A DNA stretch of 64,000 nt from an uncultured Verrucomicrobiota bacterium (lineage in GTDB: Bacteria > Auribacterota > JABMQX01), in assembly GCA_964640185.1 (NCBI GenBank), contig CAZXGF010000014.1:3573-67572 (forward strand), given 5' to 3'. The notes beneath the pieces are model-generated. The model saw nothing but the letters and a program-made list of their open reading frames with translations. It had not been told where the DNA came from and searched no databases. Numbering within the stretch: position 1 is the stretch's first letter; every line of letters begins with the position of its first letter. Below are positions 51,402 through 61,725 of the stretch, in pieces. Position numbers and translations under genes: made by a program.

Positions 51402-52328
51402 ATGTCTGACGTTGTTTGTCTTGGCCAGTTCACGGCAGATGTCGTGGTAAGCTCAGTGAAATCTCTGCCGGAAAAAGGCAAAGCAATATTTGTCGAGAAT
51501 ATTAGGCTCCACAACGGCGGTTGTGCCTGCAACACGGCCATCGCCCTGGGCAAGCTCGGCGTCAAAACCGCCGTTATAGGCAAGGTGGGATGCGACGCGT
51601 TCGGCGACTTCCTTATTAAGGTAATGAAGGATGCGAACCTGGATACATCAGCCATGCTTCGGGACCCTTCCGTTGACACTTCCTCGACGGTGGTACTGGT
51701 GAGCCCAGACGGAGAGCGCTCATTCTTACACTACTACGGCGGGAACGCAAGAATGTCGGAGGACGAGGTCAATTACGACATCATCGAGACTGCAAAGATA
51801 CTCCATGTTGCCGCCGCCTTCCTCGTGCCGGGATTGGATGGAGTACCCATGGCCCGAGTTTTGGCAAGGGCAAGAAAGATGGGCGTGAAAACCATACTCG
51901 ACACCGCCTGGGACGCCGAGGGGCGATGGATGCAACTTGTGGAGCCCTGTCTCCATCACGTTGATATGTTTGTCCCCAGCCTTGATGAAGCGCAGATGTT
52001 AACCAAAAAGCAGAAACCATCTGAAATTGCCAAAGTGCTTCAGAGCTACGGTGTTACTACCGTCGTGATCAAGCTTGGCGCCGACGGCTGTTTCGCCCGA
52101 ACCTCTGACCACGAATTCTCTGTGCCGGCGTTCCGAGTTGATAGAATAGTGGACACCCTTGGCGCAGGTGATTGTTTCGTGGCAGGATTCATCGCGGCGT
52201 TGGTCAAGGGATGGGAACTGAAAAAGACTTGCACGTTTGCAAATGCCGTAGGAGCCGCGTGTGTATCTGCCAGAGGCGCCTCCGGCGTCAGACCCATGCA
52301 GGAAATAGCAAAGCTATATCGCGTATAG
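51402..52328 (+). CDS. PfkB-family carbohydrate kinase
   Basis: GGCACNTAIAL..LG, IGKVGCDAFG, VIKLGADG and DTLGAGDCFVAG motifs. Confidence 0.93.
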   Translation: MSDVVCLGQFTADVVVSSVKSLPEKGKAIFVENIRLHNGGCACNTAIALGKLGVKTAVIGKVGCDAFGDFLIKVMKDANLDTSAMLRDPSVDTSSTVVLVSPDGERSFLHYYGGNARMSEDEVNYDIIETAKILHVAAAFLVPGLDGVPMARVLARARKMGVKTILDTAWDAEGRWMQLVEPCLHHVDMFVPSLDEAQMLTKKQKPSEIAKVLQSYGVTTVVIKLGADGCFARTSDHEFSVPAFRVDRIVDTLGAGDCFVAGFIAALVKGWELKKTCTFANAVGAACVSARGASGVRPMQEIAKLYRV

Positions 52329-52420
52329 AGCTGATGTCTCGGAGTGTGCGCGCTCAGGCTGCCGCATTCCCTACACACGGCATGTATGTGTCATTATGGG
52401 GATTGATTCCTGATACGAGT

Positions 52421-52558
52421 CCACCGGCTGAATCCGATGGGTGAACCGTGTTGGTAAATGCGGCGACGTGTTACGGATGCAAAATCCGATGTGTTTCACA
52501 GCCTTTTCCGTTTGCGGCCCCGGAATACATGACCGAACTTACGAACCGGAATGCTAAG
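52421..52558 (-). repeat. Degenerate REP palindrome (52421-52440) plus repeat X, copy 2 (52488-52558)
   Basis: CCACCGGCTGAATCCGATGG differs from 6081-6100 at 2 nt; 52488-52558 aligns to 6110-6181 with one gap. Confidence 0.75.
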
Positions 52559-52563
52559 TTTCC

Positions 52564-54981
52564 TCACAATTCTTTAATCTGTTTTAGCTTGCCGTTTAGC
52601 CTGTAAGCGTTTCCAGGCTTCGTTTCCAATTCGACTGCCGCACTGCCGTAACGAACTGTGCACTTATTACCAAGCTTTGACCGAATTGTTGCGGCAGTGA
52701 GATTGCCATTTTTCCATGTCATGTCCACTTCGAAGCCTCCGCGTGCGCACAGTCCCTTGACGCTTCCATTCGGCCACGCTCTGGGCAAAGCAGGCAGCAA
52801 ATGGATTTGGCCGGTAGGACTTTGCAGCAGCATTTCAGCAATACCAGCCACCGCCCCGAAAGTGCCATCAACTTGTGGGGTGCCGAAGCATTTGGAGAAC
52901 AGATTTATACATGTGTTGGCACGGACCTCATTCTTAAAAAGTCTGTAAGCTTTATCACCATCTTTCATGCGCGCCCAAAGGCACATCTGCCAGGTCATTC
53001 CAAAACCAGTTCCGCCCTCGCCCCTCATCTCCAGCGACTTAGCCACAGCCTTGACTAAGTCAGGCGTTCTGTACACAGATATTTCTCTCCCCGGATACAT
53101 ACCCCAAAGATGCGAGAAGTGACGATGATGGTCTTCAGGACTGTCGAGGTCTTCGAGCCATTCCTGGAGTTGCCCGTGCCGGCCGACCTGGTTCGGCGCC
53201 AACCGCTTGCTTGCTCCAATAACCTGTTCGCGGAAATCCTTATCAAGGCCAAGTATCTCAGATGCCCTGGCACAACTGTTGAACAAATATCTCAGTATTT
53301 GCATATCCATTGTGGGGCCCGCACACATGCTCGCCGTTTGTCCCTCGGCTGTTTTGGGCGCGTTTCGCGGGCAATTTTCTGGCGAAGACGAAGGGCACGT
53401 CACCAACCATTTATACTTTGGATGCGCCTGCAACGTTTCCAGGAAAAACTCAGCCGCACCCTTCATAGTGGGATATGCTTTTTTAAGGAACTGCTTGTCT
53501 TCTGTGAACAAGTAATGTTCCCACAGATGAGTGCACAACCACGCACCTCCGCACCTCCAGCTACCCCAATAAGGTCCGTTGATTGGAGCCGTAGCCCGCC
53601 ATAAATCTGTATTATGCCCCAGCACCCAGCCTTTCTTCGCGCCATAGGTCAGAGTCGCAGTGTGCGCTCCCTGCTTTGCCAATTCAGGTATCATCGCAAG
53701 CAGCGGCTCATGACAGTCAGAAAGATTTGCGACCTCCGCAGGCCAATAGTTCATTTCCAGATTGACATTAGTCGTGTACTTGCAGTCCCAAGACGGGTGC
53801 ATTGAACCGTTCCAGATACCTTGCAGATTAGCGGGTTGACAACCCGGCCGAGAGCTGCTTATCAATAGGTAACGGCCGAACTGAAACAATAACGCCGCAA
53901 GGTCCGGGTCGTCAGATTTGTCAAAAGCTTTCAGCCTTTCGTCTGTTGGAAGATTGCTCGCCGCGGTCCTATCCAAGTCTATCCTCACCCTATCAAAAAG
54001 CCGCTGATGCTCGGTGATATGGTCCTTGCGAAGTTGTTCGTATGATTTTCGCTGAATCCCAAACATACATTTTTCGACCAGAGCTTTCGGGTTTCCGCTA
54101 ATGTCCTTATAATTCTTAAAATTCGTTGCCGCTGCTAACACCAAAGTAACCGCATCGGCGCGAACAGAATTGAGCCGGTCCTGCTCATTGGAATTGTCAA
54201 TAAACATTCTGCCGCCTTCCGGCAACGCTTTCATCTGAGCATAGTATCTCAATCGCCCCTCAATTTCCCTGTATGTGCCGGTTTTTCCCCGCAGCACTAA
54301 TGTATCAGGCTCAATCGCACTGGTAACAAAACTCTCGTCGCTGGGCCATTTGACGTTTATGCGGCCCCCTAATTTGACGCTGAAAGAAACTTTGCCGGGC
54401 TTGTCCGCAGTGAGCCGGACGACTATCACCTGGTCAACCGGACTTGAGAAAATCTCACGGCTATATTTCACATCATCAACTTGATACACAATCCGGGCAA
54501 TTGCCGTCTCAAGGTCAAGCTCTCTGCGATAATTCTTCGCGCTAAAATGGCCGGGGAAATTAAACCAGAGGTCACCGAGTATCTGGTATTTCATCTGTTC
54601 ATGATCGTGCTTACGATTCATAGCCATCGCGGTCTTGCCGAACAGGTCCTGAGCCTCGGCAACCTTACCGGCAAAAATCAAACGCTGTATCTCAGGCATT
54701 GCCGCAGCGCCTTTCGGGTTGCTCGGCTCATACGGACTCCCTGTCCAGATAGTATCTTCATTCAGAATAATCTGCTCGTCGGCAATCTTGCCGAAGACCA
54801 ATGCTCCCAGGCGGCCGTTTCCGATTGGCAATGCCCCCGCCCATTTTGTAGCTGGTTGCTTGTACCACAGTGTCAAACCACCGTCGGCGGCGGCGACGTT
54901 CCCGCCGAGCGCAGTTAAAACCATAAGCCCCACCGAAAACTGTCCTATCGCACGAATTCCTCCCAATCTTAAGCTATCCAT
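52564..54981 (-). CDS. Alpha-L-fucosidase-family glycoside hydrolase (GH95), secreted
   Basis: LWYKQPA..W..ALPIGNGRLG, NEDTIWTG, FQFGRYLLISSSR, ANLQGIW, YTTNVNLEMNYW, HRHFSHL and PQVDGTFG motifs; RBS AGGAGG. Confidence 0.95.
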   Translation of the reverse strand: MDSLRLGGIRAIGQFSVGLMVLTALGGNVAAADGGLTLWYKQPATKWAGALPIGNGRLGALVFGKIADEQIILNEDTIWTGSPYEPSNPKGAAAMPEIQRLIFAGKVAEAQDLFGKTAMAMNRKHDHEQMKYQILGDLWFNFPGHFSAKNYRRELDLETAIARIVYQVDDVKYSREIFSSPVDQVIVVRLTADKPGKVSFSVKLGGRINVKWPSDESFVTSAIEPDTLVLRGKTGTYREIEGRLRYYAQMKALPEGGRMFIDNSNEQDRLNSVRADAVTLVLAAATNFKNYKDISGNPKALVEKCMFGIQRKSYEQLRKDHITEHQRLFDRVRIDLDRTAASNLPTDERLKAFDKSDDPDLAALLFQFGRYLLISSSRPGCQPANLQGIWNGSMHPSWDCKYTTNVNLEMNYWPAEVANLSDCHEPLLAMIPELAKQGAHTATLTYGAKKGWVLGHNTDLWRATAPINGPYWGSWRCGGAWLCTHLWEHYLFTEDKQFLKKAYPTMKGAAEFFLETLQAHPKYKWLVTCPSSSPENCPRNAPKTAEGQTASMCAGPTMDMQILRYLFNSCARASEILGLDKDFREQVIGASKRLAPNQVGRHGQLQEWLEDLDSPEDHHRHFSHLWGMYPGREISVYRTPDLVKAVAKSLEMRGEGGTGFGMTWQMCLWARMKDGDKAYRLFKNEVRANTCINLFSKCFGTPQVDGTFGAVAGIAEMLLQSPTGQIHLLPALPRAWPNGSVKGLCARGGFEVDMTWKNGNLTAATIRSKLGNKCTVRYGSAAVELETKPGNAYRLNGKLKQIKEL

Positions 54982-55164
54982 AACGACCTCCTGTTGATAT
55001 TATCGGCCAGACGCAGCTTTCCTTGCGGCCTCGGGTTTGCGCATCAAAAACAACGTACTTGACCGGCCTGCGGCGCCGCGCAGCCCTCCATACAAAGCGA
55101 AAGGACGAGAACCAGTCCCAATCTCGCTCCTCTTCTCATCGCCCGTCAGCCTTCTCCGTTGGGG

Positions 55165-58100
55165 TCATTTCTCTCCCATGCATATCAAACGACCGTCTCC
55201 GGTCGAGATATAAAGCTGCCCGTCGGCGGCGGCCATGCCGTCCCATACGGGCATGGATTCAAGATTGTATTCCGCCACCCTCTTCCCGTCGGAGGCGGAC
55301 ACTGCCCATAGCAAAGCGCCTTTTCGCCCTTCAAGGGCGGCGGCCTGTTCCTCGAGCTTCTCGCGAATCCGGGCAGCATCCGGGTGGCGGAACGCATCCT
55401 TTTCATCCACCACGTTTGGCGGGCCGGCGACGAAGAGCGTTTTGCCTGCCAACACCATGGCGCGGACTTCAAGCGGAGGATTCTCACGCACCCACTTGTA
55501 GCTCACCGCGGAAAGGTCCGCCAATGAGAAGCCCTCTCGAACCTTCCAGTCAGCGGCTGAGACGTTCTTCTTAGTGCCGGCATTGATTCGGCGACGCGCG
55601 TTGACCACATGACGGATCGGTTCGGCTTTGATCTCCTTGTCGGCGGCAAAGAGCTGGTACTCCAGCACCGAGGATTGGCACAAGAACTGAGGCTTGCGCC
55701 CAAATCCATATACGGTTGACCCATCCACCGCGAGAAGCCGCCCGGCTGGAACGTAACGCGCGGCGCGGAACCAGCCGCCCCACCCCGAGGCGACACTCCT
55801 GCCAAACATCCAATAGGAGCGGTGAAACCATGAGCCGTCCAGAAAACCGGCGGGCGAGAACAGATGTATCCCCTCGCCGACTTGTTCGGTGACGTTCGTC
55901 GGGCCGATATTCTGGCGAGTGCCCTGGAGGTCAAACCGCTGGGACCGCATATAGAGATACCGACCGTCGCTTGATAGAACGTCCGGAAGCGCAACGGGCA
56001 TATTCAGGCCTCGCACTTTCGCCTGGAGATTCTCGCCGGTTTCCGGGTCGCGGTCGTCGAGAATGGTCTCGGATAATTTGCGTCCCGTTTTCGGGTCAAG
56101 CCGACACAGGCGTAACCCGCCGTCCACGAACATTGACCTGCCGGCGACGCAGCACGCGACGCCTCCCTCGACCAGCACGCTGCCGTGAACCGGCCAGACC
56201 GATTCCAATTGTTCAAAAGACATCAATCGCCGATCCTCCGGCGCCGCGCGGAAACGCCAAATCAGGTCGCCCTCTGAGGCGCCAAGACAATACACCCCAG
56301 CCGTCAGCGGACCCGAACAGCACTCGGCCCTGATATAGCGTCGGAGGCGAGTCAACCCGCCCACCGGCCACGTAGCTCCAGATCGTTTTTCCCGAACTCC
56401 CGTCGAGGGCATAGACCGTGTGGGTGTCCACGGACGCCACGTAAACCCTGTTTCCGGCAATCACCACAGCGCTGAGTTTGCCGCCCAGGTCCCTCTGCCA
56501 CGCTCGCTTCAAGTCGGCGGGAACAGACGTTTTCGTGAAGCCGCTGCGCGCCGGATCGTGGCGATAGGTCGGCCAATCTTCAGAATTGCGGATTGCGGAT
56601 TCCGGATTGCGGATTTGCCCGTAGGCTGGGCCGCGCTCGAGCCTGCCATCGTCCGAGGCGCCACGCTGATCCCGCGGGGTTGTGGACTTTGCAGAGAGGG
56701 CGCAGAATCCGTACAGCTTAGACTCAAGGTAGCAGGCGCAGCTATGCGGCGGCGCATAAACCAAACCGTTACAGGGCATGATGCCGTAAATGCACCCGCC
56801 TCGAACCCAATGATGAGTAATCCAGTGCTTCGAGCGAAAATCAATGAATTCGATGCCGGTTCTCGACGGGAGGAGGTAGTGGTCTGTTGCCTTAGCCCGA
56901 TAGCATCTATGATGGAACCAGTAGATTTTCACATCGGGCGGGAACTCGCTCTTGACCTCACCCGTGTGTGGGTCTCGTCCGGTGAATACACCCGAATCCC
57001 TACCGTTTGCGGTTGCCCCCGACCATACCAGTTCATCAACGACGAGAAGGTCCTCGGGAGATTGGTGTCCGGAACGGGGGTGTCTCGCGCTCCACAGCAT
57101 CTTGCCGGTTTTCGCCGACAACGCCACCATGGACCTTGTTCCCCCCGAAAACAGGACGACGTCCTTATACACAACCAGCGTCGGGCCGAAACAGGTTGGG
57201 ACAGGAGATCGTCTTGCGACCAGCTCTGAGCTCCACACTTCCCCGCCGGTTTTCCGATTCAGGCAAACGACCTTCTCGCCGTCGTGGAAGAAGACCTGTT
57301 TTTGGTCTGCCGCCAGCGTCAGCGGAGCCACCGCATACTGCTTTTTCCACAACGCATCGCCCGTGTCCGCTCGCACGGCCATGACCCACCGCTTTTGCTC
57401 ATCCCACGCCCAGCCATGGTTCGCGCGCGCCGTCTCGTCCCAGCAATACGTGTATATCGGCGTGTACCTTTTTCGCTTCGTCGGAGAATCGTTGACCAAC
57501 AGGAAAAGCACGCCTTCCGAAGCGAGCACCTCCTCGGTGGCACGGCTGCCCTGGTAAGTCCGGACGGTCTCTCCCGTCGCCGCATCCAGAGCTGTCAGCG
57601 GCGAGTCAAGCCCGAGAGTGACATAAACCCTGTCCCCCACGGCGACCAAGCGCCGAGGAAGCTGGGCGGGCCCGCTCTTCAAGGGCCAGCGATGGGTGTA
57701 CCACGAGGAAATTCGCCGTTTCCACAAGATGATGCCGCTGAATGCGTCCCGCGCAATCAGAGACCATTTTGGCGGCAACTGGATGGAAGCAGTGGGCCCT
57801 TCATCGAAAATGTAGAAGATCCGCCCGCCGGCCGATACCAGCGCGCTCATGCTGGCCATGTGGTCGTGATGCCGCGCCCATCTTGGGCTTCCAATCCATT
57901 GTAGGCGGCGGGGCGGGCCGATGACCGCGTCATGGGCCACCGCGTTGCCGCTTGCGTCATGGAGGTAATGTGTCCATTCGTCAATTTCGTCCGGGCGGGG
58001 CTTGACCGCCTTCGTCCAGCGGTCGCCCTGCTTGAGATACGCCACGCCATTGGGAGCCAGAACCCGAAGTACCTCCTCCATAGAGACATCGCCCAGCTCT

Positions 58101-58459
58101 TCTGATACGAGAAGGTTCACGAGGTTATCGTTGTATGGCAGGCAGGCCTTCGTCCAGTGCTCGACCGAAACCTTGCCATAGAGACCAAGCGACCGGATGT
58201 GTGCGCGCGCCTGTTCGATGTTGGCGGCATCCGCATCCAAGCCGTGAACGACATAGCTGTCGCTGACATGCAGCGCGGCCGTGAGCTTCCCGTCGCCACA
58301 ACCGACGTGGGCGATCAACCCGCCTGTGATGCCCGTCGCCTCCAGGACCTGCTTGGCATCTCGTTCCTGTGCCGCCTGCTGAGGCTTTGCCACAGCCAAA
58401 GTGCACGGCATTGCCATCAAACAGCATAGCGCTGCAATAAATCGGATTCTTCTCCTCAT
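55165..58459 (-). pseudogene. PQQ-binding-like beta-propeller protein with an N-terminal SAM-methyltransferase-like domain, split by a 1-nt frameshift (about 1097 aa if repaired)
   Basis: ORFs 56213..58459 and 55165..56460 join if one base is removed from the CCCC run at 56295-56298, restoring SADGWVYCL; HVGCGDG, EWTHYLHDASGNA and WP.YRHD..RSG motifs. Confidence 0.85.
56585..56612. repeat. Four tandem ATTGCGG-type heptamers within the PQQ-propeller gene
   Basis: ATTGCGG ATTGCGG ATTCCGG ATTGCGG; on the coding strand it reads IRNPESAIRN. Confidence 0.8.
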
Positions 58460-58968
58460 GAGGACTTATCCTTTCTGTTGAAGGTCCCTTGCCACAGTCT
58501 GCCCCTTCGAAACTGCATTTCGCCGTTTCCAGCCACGATTATAATTCGAATGGTCATCTGCGATGCAAGTTTCGGGCGTTCCGCAAAGATGCTCCTCTCT
58601 TCGCTCCTGCCTTCGACAATATTGACGAGCATATCACCGGAGCGATTCGAACATTCGAGTTGGAACCGTACCTTCATTCCACTGAAGAGAGTCTGCCTGA
58701 ATAGCTGAACCGTATGGCTGTGTCCCGCTTTTCCTATTTTGCCATCAATTATTGGCAGGAGCTTTTCCCGGCAAGCCCCCGATGTTTTCGCAAGCACACA
58801 GCTTCACATCATATTTCCCAGGAATACATACTGCAAGTTTTTTGGAGTGTGGCTCCATTTCAGTGGCATGCCATGACGCCTTCTTTCGTCCTTCTCGCAG
58901 GCGGCATTCACGCCGTCCCTATGTGGAGTCTCCATCTCTATCGCACAATTGAGGACACGAGGATAGCA

Positions 58969-59386
58969 TTTTAGCCCCGCCAAGGCGGGGCTTCAGCCGG
59001 GCTTCTCGATCAAAAGGATTCATCCGTGCCGCAACGTGTTTTTCACGACATCTGCCTCCGCATCGTCTGGCAGACGAAGAACGACGAGCGGCTGGAAAGG
59101 CCGGCCAGAGATGACGTTTTCGGCCGGAAGCACGAAAAACCGCCAGGGGCTGGTAAGAACGGCTAAAGCCCGTGACCCCGCTGAAGCGGGGCTGAAGCTG
59201 GCTTAAAAAGGCCGGGGCCGCACGCCAAGCACGGGCTGAAGCCCGTGCCTAACAGGGGCGCCGGCAGAATCAAGAGGCCCATATCATGGGCTTTTGCAAG
59301 GGCTGCAGCCGGTGCCTAACAAGGGCGCCATGAGGGAATCGAGAGGCGGGTATCCTGGCGTTTTAGACTATAAATAGGGCTACGTT
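58969..59386 (+). mobile_element. Non-autonomous REP-flanked IS200/RAYT-like derivative, copy 2, with a 46-codon mini-ORF at 59026-59166
   Basis: Inverted homolog of 5651-6106; the mini-ORF is 116/141 nt identical to copy 1; GCACGGGCTGAAGCCCGTGC palindrome present. Confidence 0.7.
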
Positions 59387-59484
59387 TCCCGACGAATATC
59401 AACCCTCCTCTATTGCTTTGTGCCATGCTTTTCCGCGAAAGGTTTATCACATTGTGGTATCTTATTATCTGGCCTGCCGGTCTG

Positions 59485-59606
59485 CTAAGCGTTCTGGTTT
59501 GTAAGTTCCGTCACGTATTCGGGTTCTGCAAAGACGAAAAGGCCATGAAACACATAAGATTTTGCATCCACAATACGTGGCCGTATTTACGAACACTTGT
59601 ACTAAG
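59485..59606 (+). repeat. Repeat X, copy 3 (59485-59556), possibly a MITE of about 115 bp bounded by CTAAG direct repeats
   Basis: 60/72 match to the reverse complement of 6110-6181; CTAAG at 59485-59489 and 59602-59606; weak inverted partner TTTACGAACACTTGTAC. Confidence 0.55.
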
Positions 59607-59729
59607 GTAACGCCGCCCCGCCGTGGCGGGGCAGTCCCGAGGGCGTCTCGCCCTCGGCAGGGGCAGGGGAGTTCCCCGACATCCCCCGCGGAACGCGGGG
59701 CGGGACAGGATGCAGGCGATAGGTAAACC

Positions 59730-59788
59730 TCTCTGCATGGTCTGCGGACTGTGCGGTTCCACCCTCAGCCGCCGGTAACTGAGGCATT
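59730..59788 (-). repeat. Dispersed repeat Y, copy 3 (hairpin part only)
   Basis: Reverse complement AATGCCTCAGTTACCGGCGGCTGAGGGTGGAACCGCA is nearly identical to 20188 onward. Confidence 0.8.
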
Positions 59789-59825
59789 ACCCTGTTTTTG
59801 ATTTTTTCCTTGCATTACGGAAAGG

Positions 59826-59880
59826 ATTGCAGCAAATTGCAGCAAATTTCGCGTGAAACATGTTCAACATGTTCAACATG
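59826..59880. repeat. Two short tandem direct repeats (integrase arm-site-like)
   Basis: ATTGCAGCAA x2 (59826-59845) and AACATGTTC x2 plus AACATG (59857-59880). Confidence 0.7.
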
Positions 59881-59965
59881 GAGATTTATGTAACGCCTGG
59901 CGAGACAATCACCTATGTGATAACCGGCAGCGGGCAAAAGAGTTACAGAATCGCAGGTTGTTGAA

Positions 59966-60010
59966 CTCATAACCCGGAGGTCGTTGGTTCGAATCCAAGC
60001 CCCGCTACCA
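59966..60010 (+). pseudogene. 3' half of an initiator-type tRNA-Met (CAT); att-site-like remnant
   Basis: CTCATAA CCCGG AGGTC GTTGG TTCGAAT CCAAG CCCCGCT A CCA gives anticodon loop, T-arm, acceptor 3' strand and CCA; the upstream sequence forms neither a D-arm nor the 5' anticodon stem. Confidence 0.85.
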
Positions 60011-60022
60011 ATTGAAGTCGCG

Positions 60023-60054
60023 CAGGGACAGGCATTGAGGTCTGTCCCTGTTTT
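60023..60054 (+). terminator. Rho-independent terminator downstream of the tRNA-Met 3' half
   Basis: CAGGGACAG / CTGTCCCTG 9-bp stem followed by TTTT. Confidence 0.7.
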
Positions 60055-60504
60055 CTGCGCTCGGAGCGAAGGCTTTGTCCGTGACTTTAGGTGTTTTCCG
60101 GGCGGTTTTCGAAATCTTCTCGCCACAAACGCTCCCACAGTTCGGGCCGCGTTATTCTGGGGTAGAAAACGGCATGGGGCAGCATTTGCGACGATATTTT
60201 GGTGGATGCGGCGCGCTCCTTTGCCCGTCCAAAACCAAGATGCGACACTGCACTCCTTCGTCCGGGTTCGCAAGCAGATTCTGCTCCCGCCGCCACCATT
60301 GCCGACTGCTCTCTCAGAACCGTCTTTCCGGCCTGTGTTCAGACGCCTCCGCTTACGTGAGCTACCCGGGTGGTCGAAACGAAGAACATTTAGCTCCTCG
60401 CGTTTCAGCTCGAAGTTTCATTAACTCATGCACTCCGCGAGCGTTCCGATGCGGCTCGCATAGACCCCTCCCTTGCCGTAAGAGCGGTGGAAGCGCCGTG
60501 GTGT

Positions 60505-61725
60505 TCACTCATCGCGACGTTCAAGGGCCTCCGCGAGCAGGTCCGCGACATGATGGACCGGCAGGTCAATACCTCCGTGAGCGAGCTGGTCACGAAGCTG
60601 AAGAATGCAGCCGGGGCATTCCGTCACCAGTAGGTCGGCTCGTGGCGCTCCTCGGACCGCTTCGACTTTTCTCTCCGCAATCCTCGAAGACATGCCGTAG
60701 TGATGCACGCTGAACAAGCCGCCCATTCCGCAACAGAAATCTTCTCCTTCCGATGGAAGATACCTCGCTGCCCTGCGAAGCACCGCCCGAGGCTGCTCGG
60801 TGATGTCTCGCCCATACCTCAAATGACACGGGTCGTGGTAGAGAACCGCTTTATCGAGCGGGACCATTTCTCTATTGAGCTGCCCTGCGAGGAATTCGCT
60901 GAAACCGAAGACCCTGCGAGTGAATTGCTCCGCCTTCTCTCCGAGAAGCTTTGGGTACTCATCCTTGAGGGTCTTGCCACAGCTCGCGCAGGGGACAACA
61001 ATCGGCAACTCTCCCGCGAATGCTCGCAGATTGAGCTCCGCCAGCCGACGCGCCTGCTTTATGTCCCCGAGTGAGAGCACCGGCGTTCCGCAACAAAGCT
61101 GGTCTCGCGGGACGACCACTGAATATCCCAGTTTCCGAAGAACGCGGGTTGTGGATTCTATCATCTCCGGATAGGCGTAGTTCATCATGCAGCCGACGAA
61201 GAGATACACTGCTTTTCCCGATGCTTGCCCGTCGGAGCCGAAGCGCTGCAAAGCTGTCCGAGAGGCGACATGAGGGATTCGCCTTCGCCCTTTGAACAGA
61301 AGGGGAATGTGGCGGGTCATCCCTTTCCTTCTCGGGAGAAGAAACTGCAACAGATACGCCAGCCGGACGACGAGGTCCATAAGTTTTCGCCTGGTCAACA
61401 CGAATCTGAAGACGAACTTGTTCCAGAGCGAGAGGCCGTATTTCCGAGGCATTCGCCGGCGAAGGACTGTGATGACCGTCTGCACATCAACACCGCTCGG
61501 ACACGCCCACGAGCACCGCAGACATTTCAGGCACGATTGGATACTCTCTTTGAGTCTTGGCGTGAAAAACAGTCCCCTCGAAAGCACCGCTTCCGCGAGA
61601 GCGACCCTCCCTCTGGCGACTCTTTTCTCATCGGTGGTCAGCAGGTATGTCGGGCAGACAGAGAGGCACTTTCCGCACCGGGAGCACTTGGTCAGTTGAG
61701 AGCGTGCGAGTTGCAGGGGATTCAT
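60505..61725 (-). CDS. GlcF/LutA-like (Fe-S)-binding protein with two 4Fe-4S motifs and two CCG domains
   Basis: CSRCGKCLSVCP, CLKCLRCSWACP, LFVGC, QLCCG, YHDPCHL, FCCGMGG and TECPGC motifs. Confidence 0.9.
   Translation of the reverse strand: MNPLQLARSQLTKCSRCGKCLSVCPTYLLTTDEKRVARGRVALAEAVLSRGLFFTPRLKESIQSCLKCLRCSWACPSGVDVQTVITVLRRRMPRKYGLSLWNKFVFRFVLTRRKLMDLVVRLAYLLQFLLPRRKGMTRHIPLLFKGRRRIPHVASRTALQRFGSDGQASGKAVYLFVGCMMNYAYPEMIESTTRVLRKLGYSVVVPRDQLCCGTPVLSLGDIKQARRLAELNLRAFAGELPIVVPCASCGKTLKDEYPKLLGEKAEQFTRRVFGFSEFLAGQLNREMVPLDKAVLYHDPCHLRYGRDITEQPRAVLRRAARYLPSEGEDFCCGMGGLFSVHHYGMSSRIAERKVEAVRGAPRADLLVTECPGCILQLRDQLAHGGIDLPVHHVADLLAEALERRDE

Noticed and set aside
58480-58960. Short ORFs upstream of the PQQ-propeller gene
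   Set aside because: No recognisable product, RBS or consistent frame; probably decayed DNA.
59929-60010. Possible complete tRNA-Met, because AGCGGG (59929-59934) can pair with the CCCGCT acceptor strand
   Set aside because: The spacing to the anticodon is 5-6 nt too long, no D-arm forms, and TTGAA cannot pair with CCCGG in the anticodon stem; treated as a 3' fragment.
60060-60500. Long intergenic region as a possible structured RNA or riboswitch
   Set aside because: No conserved aptamer motif recognised and no second copy in the window.
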